From the IMG/VR virus record IMGVR_UViG_3300048834_000191, positions 1-57,962 of that record: 57,962 nucleotides of DNA. The stretch is one strand, 5' to 3'. Position 1 is the first letter of the stretch, and each line of letters opens with the position of its first letter. The position numbers and the translations under genes were made by a program. Shown here in pieces: positions 9,347-18,354 of this stretch. The notes beneath the pieces were generated by a model. The model was not told the DNA's origin. It was given only the letters and a program-made list of their open reading frames with translations, and searched no databases. Source of the stretch: a virus. Its lineage: Duplodnaviria > Caudoviricetes.

Positions 9347-9450
9347 TGAAGATGCTTGATACGGACGAGGCGCTAATAGAGGCGTACGCCCGCACAGGTA
9401 TTGATCGTGACGCGGCGATCAGGGCCCACAGAAAATAGGGAATTATATAT

Positions 9451-9480
9451 TTGACTCCCCGATAATTCCGGGGTAGATAT
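9451..9480 (+). promoter_or_regulatory. Sigma70-type promoter with palindromic spacer
   Basis: TTGACT-ccccgataattccgggg(17)-TAGATAT. Confidence 0.6.
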
Positions 9481-9524
9481 CTACTTATGGAGCGGATAAG
9501 ACGAACGCTCACAAGGAGATAGCG

Positions 9525-9734
9525 ATGAGCAATCAAGCCACGGGCAATTCCGCCCATCAGCCCCGGGAGGGTTTCATGGCTCCGACGTTCCGCATCTTCG
9601 TTCGCACCGCTGAAGGCGCCGAGTTTCAGGCTTTCACGTGGTGCCGGGACGAGGCATCTGGCATCGCTCGCGCTTGGCGCGAGGGCCGCGAATTTGGTCA
9701 CAACGTGACCGCCGTCTGGGCGGAGGCGGTCTAA
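9525..9734 (+). CDS. Hypothetical protein
   Basis: AAGGAG RBS downstream of the promoter. Confidence 0.6.
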   Translation: MSNQATGNSAHQPREGFMAPTFRIFVRTAEGAEFQAFTWCRDEASGIARAWREGREFGHNVTAVWAEAV

Positions 9735-9940
9735 TGGCCGTCACGCTTGAAATCGGCCCCAATGGCTCAACCGTCATGGTTGAGCCTGTGCTTCGCAAGG
9801 GCCTAACCCGTCGCGTCTTCCGCTACATGGCGGATGGCTCGCTTGAATGGGCCGCCTACGATGACTGGCGGTCTCAACATGAGCGCGCCCGGTTCTTCGG
9901 CTTCGCCTCCCGCGAACTCCCCGCCTCTATGACCTCCTGA
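9734..9940 (+). CDS. Hypothetical protein
   Basis: GGAGG RBS, TAATG overlap, MAVTLEIG. Confidence 0.6.
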   Translation: MAVTLEIGPNGSTVMVEPVLRKGLTRRVFRYMADGSLEWAAYDDWRSQHERARFFGFASRELPASMTS

Positions 9941-9952
9941 AAGGAGCCCGAC

Positions 9953-10066
9953 ATGCATAGCGTTCTTCGCCCCAACTACCGCCGCGCTCGCGCCCTCGCC
10001 TTGGAGATCGAGGCCCAAGCAGCGGCTGAGCGGACACAATGGGAAGACGTTATCGAGGTTTTGTAA
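9953..10066 (+). pseudogene. Probably truncated ORF fused to the att core
   Basis: Strong AAGGAG RBS; 37 codons with the TAA stop inside the tRNA anticodon loop. Confidence 0.45.
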
Positions 10067-10104
10067 ACCGAAGGTCGGGGGTTCAATCCCCTCATCCGGC
10101 ACCA
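10057..10104 (+). other. attP core: 3' half of tRNA-Thr(UGU)
   Basis: GGT-TTTGTAA-ACCGA-AGGTC-GGGGG-TTCAATC-CCCTC-ATCCGGC-ACCA; no D-arm or 5' acceptor strand upstream. Confidence 0.85.
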
Positions 10105-10183
10105 GAAAGACGCTTGAATATTGATATTTTCAAAAAACCGACACGAGAACAAAAGCGCGACAAACGCGCGTGCCGCGTACACG

Positions 10184-10204
10184 GGTATCCCAAACGGTAT
10201 CCCA
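10184..10204. repeat. Direct repeat GGTATCCCA x2, candidate integrase arm-type sites
   Basis: 10184-10192 and 10196-10204, 80 bp from the att core. Confidence 0.6.
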
Positions 10205-10271
10205 CTTTGTTCACGGTTTCTCTCGCCCAATAGGAAGATTGTCAGCGCGTTTAATTTGACTTGGACCAGTT

Positions 10272-10544
10272 ATGCGCCTAGAACAAAGCAAGAACGCTGT
10301 AGCCTACGTTTCCGGGCCATTACGGGTCACTTTATACATGCGCGACGAGGACTTGTTCATTCGGCATACCATCGAGGGCGTTAACGACCTGCGGAAGGCG
10401 CTTGGCTTGGGGCCTTTAGAGCAAGAGAAGGCCTATCGTCTCGCCAGCTTTTTATGGAAGCGGTACCAGATCAAGGGCTGGCAGTTCTCCCCGCCCCTTA
10501 TGCCCATGACCGGAGGATTAACCGGGGGCCGCAGAAAAGATTAA
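10272..10544 (+). CDS. Hypothetical protein
   Basis: ORF only. Confidence 0.4.
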   Translation: MRLEQSKNAVAYVSGPLRVTLYMRDEDLFIRHTIEGVNDLRKALGLGPLEQEKAYRLASFLWKRYQIKGWQFSPPLMPMTGGLTGGRRKD

Positions 10545-10604
10545 AACCCCGACAGCGAGCCGCAATATGGCCGCCATCGGGGCGATAAGAAATAGGTTAT
10601 GAAA

Positions 10605-10928
10605 TTAATTTGTTGAGTTGATGTTTCCGCCAAACGCCGAACGCGGAAGATCGGAGCGCGACGGATATTTAATTCTATCGTCCCCCACTGGATAGCCCAG
10701 TGATTGATGTTCACGCGCACAAAGGGCATACGCGACTTCAAATGCTACATTCGAGTTGTCATACTCTCCCCTTTGGTCGCTACCGCAAGCTGCGCCGCCG
10801 TCTTTCTCGTAGTAGCGCGTTACAATATAGCGCGGGATTTCCCGTACCCTATATTCAATCTTCATTTTTAGTTTCCCTGCGGCCTCAGCCGCGTAAATCA
10901 TCGAGCATAATTGCACGATGAAACTCAA
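10605..10928 (-). CDS. Hypothetical phage protein
   Basis: Last ORF of the minus-strand arm; likely start at MKIEYRV. Confidence 0.55.
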   Translation of the reverse strand: MSFIVQLCSMIYAAEAAGKLKMKIEYRVREIPRYIVTRYYEKDGGAACGSDQRGEYDNSNVAFEVAYALCAREHQSLGYPVGDDRIKYPSRSDLPRSAFGGNINSTN

Positions 10929-10930
10929 AA

Positions 10931-11284
10931 TTATTTTTCAATCATACGGTCAAGTTCTTCCGGCCTAGCTTTCAGATATTCGTGCAGATAGCCGGATGCA
11001 TTGAAGATGATCGCGCACAGAGACGACACAACATCGTCCTTAGCCGGAAGCCCGCGATGGCATTTCCAGAAATCCATATGGTGCCGCCATTCAGATTTGG
11101 CGTAAGCATCTAGGGGAATGCCCTTCTGCCAGTTATCGCTATCGCGCAATGATCCGTCAGCCTGTTTACGATGCTTGTGCATGTAGGCTGCATAGGCTTC
11201 CAGAACTAGCGGGCTGAGAAACCCTTCATAATCGAATTTATCGACTTCTGAATCCCTGGTAGCGCCGGTAGCAAATTTGCGCAT
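10931..11284 (-). CDS. dATP/dGTP diphosphohydrolase-like protein (DUF5664 type)
   Basis: RKFATGATRD..K..Y, DNWQKGIP..Y..S..RH, L.AIIFNA. Confidence 0.75.
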   Translation of the reverse strand: MRKFATGATRDSEVDKFDYEGFLSPLVLEAYAAYMHKHRKQADGSLRDSDNWQKGIPLDAYAKSEWRHHMDFWKCHRGLPAKDDVVSSLCAIIFNASGYLHEYLKARPEELDRMIEK

Positions 11285-11508
11285 GTAATCCCCTGCACTC
11301 GGATGTATTCAAAGCAACGCCGCAGAATGTATGAGCGGCAGATAGATATGATCGTGAATAGAATTGCTAAAGCGATGTTCTCGGCTATCGTTATGTGAAT
11401 GCCGACAAGCGGGAATATGTAGTGCTGAGCGATGACATTGATCGTTAGGCCAATCACAACATTCGTCACGCTCTCGAATAGAGATGCCTTGCGAGATTGA
11501 GCGGTCAT
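11206..11508 (-). CDS. Small membrane protein (DUF7220-like)
   Basis: QSRKASLFESVTNVVIG...SICRSYILRRCF, two hydrophobic helices. Confidence 0.7.
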   Translation of the reverse strand: MTAQSRKASLFESVTNVVIGLTINVIAQHYIFPLVGIHITIAENIALAILFTIISICRSYILRRCFEYIRVQGITCANLLPALPGIQKSINSIMKGFSAR

Positions 11509-12257
11509 GCTGCGGTCTTTACTAACTCACCGCGAAACCATGCACCGCAATCCTGACAGTGAATGCGCTGATATGTGCGCTTCAATGTCTTATCGTGTCC
11601 CCTGCGCTGCGTATTTAGCGACTGGCAGGTTGGGCAGGCGATGGAATGCGAATAGCTGTTAAGATTCGGGTGGTTCTTAGCCCACGGCCTAAGCTTTAGA
11701 TAAACCTGTTCCAGCAATTCAACGTCATGCTTGTTATATTTCCGCATGACTTTCCATGAGGCTGGGTCACCGTTCATGCAGCCAAGCCACAGGTGCATTC
11801 CGGTATGGGGAATCTTCCCGCCAATGTTTAGGTATTTTGCCAGATCGTTCAGCTTGTTTGAATCAAACCCGAAACTTGCTCTGGCAATTTTTAACGTATC
11901 AATCGACTTGCAGGGCGAAGGTGGCCCCATTCCATTGATGATAAAGCGAGCGTTAGTTTTTTTAATATCGAACTTGTCGCCATTGTGGGCGACGATAATG
12001 TCAGACTCGTCCATCATCCTCCAAAGCTGCGCGAGAAGCTTTGAATCGTCTTGTTTATTTTTCTTGTATCCAGGAAAGTCTGGCAGGCAGTAACAATGAA
12101 CTTTGTTATCGCCCAGCATCTTGTAGGAGAATGAAAGCATATAGGTGGGGTTTTTAACCGCCACCACATTCGTCTCGTACATTCCCCATGTGAAACCTTC
12201 AATAGGTGCGGTTTCAATGTCAAATATGGAAATGCGAGGTTCACTGAATTTCGTCAG
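11505..12257 (-). CDS. DEDD/RNase H-like 3'-5' exonuclease with C-terminal zinc ribbon; CTG start
   Basis: FDIETAP (upstream of first ATG), AHNGDKFD, YNKHDV, CPTC..CQDC; AGGAG 6 nt before CTG. Confidence 0.85.
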   Translation of the reverse strand: MTKFSEPRISIFDIETAPIEGFTWGMYETNVVAVKNPTYMLSFSYKMLGDNKVHCYCLPDFPGYKKNKQDDSKLLAQLWRMMDESDIIVAHNGDKFDIKKTNARFIINGMGPPSPCKSIDTLKIARASFGFDSNKLNDLAKYLNIGGKIPHTGMHLWLGCMNGDPASWKVMRKYNKHDVELLEQVYLKLRPWAKNHPNLNSYSHSIACPTCQSLNTQRRGHDKTLKRTYQRIHCQDCGAWFRGELVKTAA

Positions 12258-12379
12258 TGGGCTCTCCTGTTCAATAATTCAGGAAACGCAAAATGATGTA
12301 GATTATAAGCAGCGGGCCTAGTGTTGCAGTTAAGGTAACGATTAACGGTGCAAGAACCCCGTCAGGCTCGCTGTGACGC

Positions 12380-12700
12380 TTACTTATCGTCTCTGTCCAT
12401 AAGCGCCATGAAGATTTTATCCAGACGCTCGGTTACACCGCCCATAGCCGACATGAGGCGAGATTCAACATCGTGCAGCATCCGCAGAGGGGCGTATTCC
12501 TTGGCGACCTCAGCCTTAAATTCCGCGTGCTGAAGCAATGCCAATTCGGATTTTGCTAGGGCTGACGTAGAGGCCAATACGGCATTCTCGACGCGCTCAA
12601 GACGACCGCCCAAACGCATCCAGAAGGCGATGATGGCTATGATAGAGCCCCCCGAAAGGACAAGGGTTCCAATAATGATGGCTGGCAAGTATTCCATCAT
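12380..12700 (-). CDS. Membrane-anchored coiled-coil protein of the lysis region
   Basis: N-terminal TM helix, helical tail. Confidence 0.55.
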   Translation of the reverse strand: MMEYLPAIIIGTLVLSGGSIIAIIAFWMRLGGRLERVENAVLASTSALAKSELALLQHAEFKAEVAKEYAPLRMLHDVESRLMSAMGGVTERLDKIFMALMDRDDK

Positions 12701-13002
12701 TAAACGCTGTCCTGCGGGAAGTCGTTATTCGGATTGGCGGCAAACGTATTCCGCTCCATCCAGATTTTTTCTTCCGCCGCGTCCATCTTGTGGACCTTGG
12801 CGACAGAGGCGAGGAAGTTAAGTCCCGCTTCTAAATCCGGTGCCCCGTTTTCTTTGAACTTCTCAATGACGCCCTCGGCCACGGCCAAGGCTTTCTTCGC
12901 GGTATCGCTCTGTAGCAATGCTAGAATTTCAGAGACGGTGTAACCGGCGAAGATAACCTTGGAGCCGTACCAGGCGTTAATGAGGGAAATTAGCCAGCTC
13001 AC
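12700..13002 (-). CDS. Hypothetical protein in lysis cassette
   Basis: Coupled ORF. Confidence 0.55.
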   Translation of the reverse strand: MSWLISLINAWYGSKVIFAGYTVSEILALLQSDTAKKALAVAEGVIEKFKENGAPDLEAGLNFLASVAKVHKMDAAEEKIWMERNTFAANPNNDFPQDSV

Positions 13003-13211
13003 TTCGCATCAACCACTTTGGTTGAGAACCGGGCATAAAGCATATGCGCGGTCGAGACGATGAAAAACACATTGCCGACAATCTGGACGATCTGATCTGA
13101 GAGGGCGCCAAGATCAACGCCCTGGAACAGGTCTGGACGCAACGAGGCCGCGAGGCCGATGAACTGGAACGCGGTGCGCACCAGCATGACGATATAATCT
13201 TTGTTGAACAT
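12999..13211 (-). CDS. Putative holin
   Basis: 70 aa, two hydrophobic segments, charged C-terminus, lysis context. Confidence 0.55.
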   Translation of the reverse strand: MFNKDYIVMLVRTAFQFIGLAASLRPDLFQGVDLGALSDQIVQIVGNVFFIVSTAHMLYARFSTKVVDAK

Positions 13212-13213
13212 GA

Positions 13214-13591
13214 TTAGCTGACCTTTCCGGCGAGGATGGCGACACGCTCAATCCAAGCGTTGATCTGTGGGATTTTCTTAAAGAGTGACGCTAGATCGTT
13301 GGGAACGGTCGCGCAGACTTCTACGCCCTGATTGTAGAGAGCCATCTCGTTTGCATCGTCTTTCGCAGAGAGGCGGATGATTCCCGCGTCCATCTGCGTG
13401 CGCAGAATTTCATGCGCTCGCTTGCCTGCCGCGCAGGCGTCAATGAAAATGTTTTTATTCTTTGCAACAAGCTCGTCGCCCTCGGTAATGGCAACCTTGA
13501 CCTTGCCGATGATCTGTTCCCACGTAACGCAGCCGCCGAGACTGGAGGCCAAAAAGACAACGGCAAACGCCGCCATAAGACGGTTTTTCAT
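13214..13591 (-). CDS. Lipoprotein, possible spanin component
   Basis: Signal peptide with lipobox LGG-C. Confidence 0.65.
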   Translation of the reverse strand: MKNRLMAAFAVVFLASSLGGCVTWEQIIGKVKVAITEGDELVAKNKNIFIDACAAGKRAHEILRTQMDAGIIRLSAKDDANEMALYNQGVEVCATVPNDLASLFKKIPQINAWIERVAILAGKVS

Positions 13592-13610
13592 TCCTGAATT
13601 TTCCTTGGAT

Positions 13611-14129
13611 TTAAGAGAGGGTGATTGCCTTGACGCGCTTAATCACATCGTCATGCATTTGAACGCACTGAGCCATTGCAACGTGGTTCAGAGATAATTT
13701 AGTAACGGATGTTTCGCCGGGGCCTTTATCGAACGGAGGATTGCCGCCGCCCATAGGGTCTACACGCTGGTAATAGAGAACGCGGTCGCCTCCGGTTGCG
13801 GGAACGCTGTCTTGTGTAATTACGGTATCGACGACAACGAGCAGCGAAACCTTGATGCCCATCTTCCAGAGATACCCGGCAATCCTACTTGCTGCATCAG
13901 CGCCGTAGCTGTGCCCGATTAAAACAATCTCACGATATTTGATTGCCGCCATGCACGCCTGAATTAGATTCCAGACGACAGCTAATGGAAATAGTGAGTT
14001 CTGCTCATAGGTGGATGAAACGCCGGGAATGGTATTCAGCTTATCGGATAGCTGCCGCATCCCGATTGAGAAGTTAAACGGAAGGCCGCCGAGAAGGCCG
14101 CCGATGCAGAAGGCGCGAACCTTTTTCAT
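13611..14129 (-). CDS. Alpha/beta-hydrolase (esterase/cutinase-like)
   Basis: VLIGHSYGAD nucleophile elbow, DP, NH. Confidence 0.8.
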   Translation of the reverse strand: MKKVRAFCIGGLLGGLPFNFSIGMRQLSDKLNTIPGVSSTYEQNSLFPLAVVWNLIQACMAAIKYREIVLIGHSYGADAASRIAGYLWKMGIKVSLLVVVDTVITQDSVPATGGDRVLYYQRVDPMGGGNPPFDKGPGETSVTKLSLNHVAMAQCVQMHDDVIKRVKAITLS

Positions 14130-14155
14130 TCCTATTGTATTCCGTAATTAGAAAA

Positions 14156-14178
14156 TAAAAAAAGCCGCACACGCGGCC
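14156..14178 (-). terminator. Intrinsic terminator after endolysin
   Basis: GCCGC-GTGT-GCGGC-TTTTTTT on the minus strand. Confidence 0.7.
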
Positions 14179-14201
14179 CAAATAAAATATCGTCTCACTG
14201 A

Positions 14202-14969
14202 TTATGCGGCTTTCTTCATGTCGAGTAGTTGCAATTCGGATTCGATCTTGCCCCATGTCTTTGGACCGGGAATGCTGTCGTCTTTTAGACCGCGCGATTT
14301 CTGATAATCTCGGATTTCCTCGCGCGTCTTCGGCCCCATGATTCCATCTTCTGACAATGGCGGGTAAGTGCCGAGGCGGTTGAGTGCCTTCTGCAATTCT
14401 AGCGTGGTATGCTGGATGACGATGCCGTTTTCGTTGGCGGGCGCGGTTGGTTTAGCCATCACACCGAAATATGGGCGAGCGTCGATATAATATCCGCCCT
14501 TGTAATACGGACGGTTGTTTCGCACAGGAGCGACGAGAACCCTTCCGTCTGCGCAAGAATAGATGCCTTCCCGATAAAGGCGCTGCTCGCCTCGCCTGCG
14601 TCCCGTGATTTCAGGCGGCTTGGTATAGAGCATGAGGGACTGACCGATGGCGTCCACCGAACGGCCAGAGCACAGCTTGCGCAAGTTACCCTGCCCGAAA
14701 TTGTAACAGGCGGAAGTCAGGGCATCGAACTGGAATTGATTGAACGGCTTGCCAGTGGCCTTAACTGCATTGGCGTATGGCTGCACATCTTCCTTGAAAA
14801 GCTCTATGGCTTTTTCAATCGTGATCTTGCCGAACGAGCGCGGGTCTTTACCGTCATAGGCAGTACGCCCTGCCCCAATAGTCCATACGCCCACACTATC
14901 AAGATACGGCTCTAGGATAATGGCTTCGCGAGCAATAATATCTATTGCGCCGGATGCGCTTAATTCCAT
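14202..14969 (-). CDS. Endolysin: GH24 lysozyme plus peptidoglycan-binding domain
   Basis: E-x8-D-x5-T (REAIILEPYLDSVGVWTIG), FDAL.S..YNFG, LQ..LN..G..DGIMGPKT. Confidence 0.92.
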   Translation of the reverse strand: MELSASGAIDIIAREAIILEPYLDSVGVWTIGAGRTAYDGKDPRSFGKITIEKAIELFKEDVQPYANAVKATGKPFNQFQFDALTSACYNFGQGNLRKLCSGRSVDAIGQSLMLYTKPPEITGRRRGEQRLYREGIYSCADGRVLVAPVRNNRPYYKGGYYIDARPYFGVMAKPTAPANENGIVIQHTTLELQKALNRLGTYPPLSEDGIMGPKTREEIRDYQKSRGLKDDSIPGPKTWGKIESELQLLDMKKAA

Positions 14970-14996
14970 CGTGTTGCAAACCTCGCAAATATGTAG

Positions 14997-15230
14997 TTGG
15001 ATATGGATATGAGGTACTTATTCTTATTGAATGCGCTTCTCGTATCTGGCTGCGGAAGCTCGCAGCCCCCAATCATCGACATGACCGGAGTAGACCAGGG
15101 GCAGCACAGCCGGGATTTGGCTGAGTGTACCAAGGCTGCCGGGCAGAAGATTATCGACTACACGCCGGGAGGATTTGTTTCCTCCTGCATGAAAGATCGC
15201 GGGTACAAGGTTCTGGTGAATACCAGTTGA
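14997..15230 (+). CDS. Small lipoprotein moron
   Basis: Lipobox VSG-C; opposite strand to the late operon. Confidence 0.7.
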   Translation: MDMDMRYLFLLNALLVSGCGSSQPPIIDMTGVDQGQHSRDLAECTKAAGQKIIDYTPGGFVSSCMKDRGYKVLVNTS

Positions 15231-15418
15231 GGCACCCGCCTATGGACGGGTCACGCGGTACTGCCGCTACGCTTAGGGCTCGTCTCGGCATCGATGCTGA
15301 GATAAGATATTCAAGGGAGACATATCGATGAGCCGACTAACGAGCTTGATAAGAAGGAAGCCGGCACAAGAGGCCGAGAAGCAGATTGGCGATTTTACAA
15401 CCGACTTGGGGAATCCAT

Positions 15419-15886
15419 ATGAAATCGTTTTTTGCAGCATTGATTGGTGCAATCATTGGTGCAACCGCGACAAATATCGCCAACAACTATTTCTATCGCC
15501 ATACTGCGTTTGAAATAGTTGATCGTGCTGCGCTCCCATACGGGGTTCCCGTCGTCAGGTCGGGACGCAAATATGGAGAAAATAGACCTACTGCTTTCGA
15601 TATTCTCCCTCGGGGAAATCCAAGCGATGAAGCAAATAGTGGCAAGGCATGGTTTGACGTTTGTAACGCGGATATTATAGAAAACCCAAACTCTGCCGTA
15701 AGCTGCATCTACGCAGGAGCATGGGCCGACAAAATGTTTCTCGGAACGCGAAGTTTTAATGGCGCGCCAACCGTTCCGCTTTATCTCCGGATAGGAAATC
15801 TTAAAGTTGGCGAACTGAGCGAGGCGGGGCTGAAAATCTATGGGGATATTTCCGCCCACAGTTTTAAAATAGATACTAGCCGTTAA
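15419..15886 (+). CDS. Exported or membrane-anchored moron protein
   Basis: MKSFFAALIGAIIGA hydrophobic leader; AT-richer; converges on tail gene. Confidence 0.6.
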   Translation: MKSFFAALIGAIIGATATNIANNYFYRHTAFEIVDRAALPYGVPVVRSGRKYGENRPTAFDILPRGNPSDEANSGKAWFDVCNADIIENPNSAVSCIYAGAWADKMFLGTRSFNGAPTVPLYLRIGNLKVGELSEAGLKIYGDISAHSFKIDTSR

Positions 15887-16497
15887 TGCAGCCCATAAAG
15901 TTGCAGCTCAGCACAGGCTAAAAACGTATTGCTATTTGCGGCAATAGCCAACAACACATGATTGTATACAGTCGTTAAATCGGAGGACGTGATGGTCCTG
16001 CCTGTGCTTTCATTGGAGAGACTTGTAAACGGCGTAAGGGTGCCAAGTAACGTCCCATCCGTATGGCTTGTTGGCGCGCTACCAACCTTGCCATACAAGG
16101 ATAAGGTAATTGTTCGTGGAGAATTTGAAGAGTACCCGAGGTTGTTAGACCCGAATACAATGCACTTGGAAATGATCGAAGGTACGGCAAGCGTTTTCCC
16201 AATCGAATTGAGTGTTTCCCCTCCCGTGCTAGTAGCTGTAGACGTCGCAACTTGATTAGTTACGCCGTCAAATGCAGCCGACAGACCACCATTGCCGGTC
16301 ATGCCGCCAATATTCGTTCCGGTCGTTCGGTCGATCAGGTATTCGGTAAGAGAAACTACCGGCGGAACAAAAAAAGGAAGCGGGAAGACTGCCTTCATTC
16401 CCTTCTGCGCCAGATGATCAAGCGTATCGCTGTGCGCGCGAATGATCGCTGGCTTGGACGGCAGCCAAAATTTCGGCGGTGGCGTTGCGTCAAGCAT
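15883..16497 (-). CDS. Tail fibre-associated / receptor-binding protein
   Basis: Start at MLDATPPPKFWLP (TAATG overlap); G/S/T-rich beta domain. Confidence 0.65.
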   Translation of the reverse strand: MLDATPPPKFWLPSKPAIIRAHSDTLDHLAQKGMKAVFPLPFFVPPVVSLTEYLIDRTTGTNIGGMTGNGGLSAAFDGVTNQVATSTATSTGGETLNSIGKTLAVPSIISKCIVFGSNNLGYSSNSPRTITLSLYGKVGSAPTSHTDGTLLGTLTPFTSLSNESTGRTITSSDLTTVYNHVLLAIAANSNTFLACAELQLYGLH

Positions 16498-18341
16498 TAG
16501 AACATCTTTTGCACATGAAGGTGGGAACCGCCGGTTCCGTAGCTGATAAAGCAACGCCAGATATGCGCGTTTGTGGTGTCGAATGCGTCTCCGGTGACTT
16601 TCGTAAAGCCCGAAGTCGTGATGGCACCCGCCGAGCCGTTGTTTGTGATGTTGAGGAGGAACGAGCAGGCTTTCGTGGTGTAAGGCGCGAGGGTAAAGGC
16701 ACCCCCATTGACGCATTTCTGGACAGCGCCGTTGAGCGGCGACGGCGTGAAGGTGCCCGTGGTCTTCGTGCCGTTGTCGTATTCGTCGGTCGTGAAGCCG
16801 CCGGTGAGGTTTTGGTTTCCGGCTTTCTGCGCCGCCCCCGTAATCCGGCTATCGTCACCTGCCGCTAGCGTTCCCGTAGTGGTGCCGGTGTTTTTGTAAG
16901 CCGCGTCACCTAGTGCAGCACTCGCCTGCTTTAACAGCTTCCCGGTTGTGCCATCGAACAGAGCTGGGCGGCCATCAGTAGAAGATGCCGGGCCGGTTAC
17001 AAAAATTGCAGAGAGCGCCGCCTTGAGATTGGCCCAGGTCAGCTTCTTCAGAACATTGGAAGCGGCTGAATCAATAAGGCCCAATTCGTCGGCATCAACC
17101 GGGGTGGTTTTTCCGGCCGCGCCATGAATTGACGATGCAACATTCTCTGCGTCTGTTACATCGGCGTTAGATTCAATGCCTGATAACTTTGATTTCTCCG
17201 TCCCGGTGTAGTTTTTATTTGTCGTGCCATCGACCATATTGTCCTGATCGAATGCATCGGCAGCCTTGCTATTCGGGTCGTAGGTCGCGGCCTGCATATC
17301 GCCAGTGCCAAGACCGTCTGCACCCTTGTCGCCGCTCCGCGTAAACTGCAGGCTGATTGCGTCCGCTGTTGAAAACGATGTTGCCCCGAACGGAGCAGAG
17401 ACGGCCACTTTTACATATCCGCTAGCGTCCGTGATTCCGGCGACAACAAATCCAGACTGCGTATCATTGGATGGCTTGGTTAGAAGAAGGTCGCCCTTCT
17501 TCGTGTTGGTTGAATCATCAAGGGACGCAAGGAAATCTGAAATATCGCTCCCGCCCTTGCTTGTTTTGGAAACATACAGAACGGTTGCAGAGGCTAGTGA
17601 AGCGTTATTAGCCCGGATTTTACCTGAACCGGGGTTCGCGTCTGACGTCCCGGTATCCCAAACAAGTAGAATACCGGGATCGGCTCCGTCACTTCCGTTA
17701 AAACCGGGGTCCCCCTGATGTCCGCGAATGGATGCAATCAAGCCCCATGAGCCCGAAATCTTCTGCCAAACATTGCCCGCAGTATCCGGCGAGACACCGC
17801 CCGTATCTAAATATAAATCTCCGTCGTTTCCAAAATCAGGAGACGCGGAGGGGGAACCAGCCCCAGTATACCACCCTGTCCCATCTACTCCGGGTTCATT
17901 CGCCAGCGGATATGGAACCGCAGTCGCCACACAGTTCCACCGGCTACTATTCGTATCATAAACAAGACAAGCGCCGTATCCGGGGGAGATAACCACGTCC
18001 GATGCACCGGGCAGGCTAAACCGCATGGCTGCAGTAGTCCCGGAAGTATATTCGTGTTTGAGCGTCAGATTTTCGGAAGCGTCGTCATTCAGGATGACCT
18101 TGGCAACCTTAACGTCGCCTCCGTCCATCGAGCGAATTTCAAACGGGCCGCCATCCTGTGTAACGCTGATAACTTGCGCATCCGCTAGTCCCGTCGGCTC
18201 CCAATCGGTTTGGCTAGCCCCGATCTCTGCAGAGATGAACGCATCGCCAATTACGCGGCGGGCATGAAGCAAGTTCAAAATAGGAGAGAGCTGCAACCCG
18301 CTCATGGTGGGCGGGGTGCCGCTGAAAAAAGCGGTCATCAA
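16497..18341 (-). CDS. Tail fibre protein
   Basis: Collagen-like GxxG stretches, GDLYLDT, KLSGIE.NADVTD, KKLTWANLK fibre motifs. Confidence 0.8.
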   Translation of the reverse strand: MMTAFFSGTPPTMSGLQLSPILNLLHARRVIGDAFISAEIGASQTDWEPTGLADAQVISVTQDGGPFEIRSMDGGDVKVAKVILNDDASENLTLKHEYTSGTTAAMRFSLPGASDVVISPGYGACLVYDTNSSRWNCVATAVPYPLANEPGVDGTGWYTGAGSPSASPDFGNDGDLYLDTGGVSPDTAGNVWQKISGSWGLIASIRGHQGDPGFNGSDGADPGILLVWDTGTSDANPGSGKIRANNASLASATVLYVSKTSKGGSDISDFLASLDDSTNTKKGDLLLTKPSNDTQSGFVVAGITDASGYVKVAVSAPFGATSFSTADAISLQFTRSGDKGADGLGTGDMQAATYDPNSKAADAFDQDNMVDGTTNKNYTGTEKSKLSGIESNADVTDAENVASSIHGAAGKTTPVDADELGLIDSAASNVLKKLTWANLKAALSAIFVTGPASSTDGRPALFDGTTGKLLKQASAALGDAAYKNTGTTTGTLAAGDDSRITGAAQKAGNQNLTGGFTTDEYDNGTKTTGTFTPSPLNGAVQKCVNGGAFTLAPYTTKACSFLLNITNNGSAGAITTSGFTKVTGDAFDTTNAHIWRCFISYGTGGSHLHVQKMF

Positions 18342-18354
18342 TAATCCTGATTAT

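Noticed and set aside
10057-10104. Complete tRNA gene
   Set aside because: No 5' acceptor strand or D-arm; treated as att core
10931-11284. Z-genome (2-aminoadenine) pathway
   Set aside because: No PurZ or phage DNA polymerase recognised
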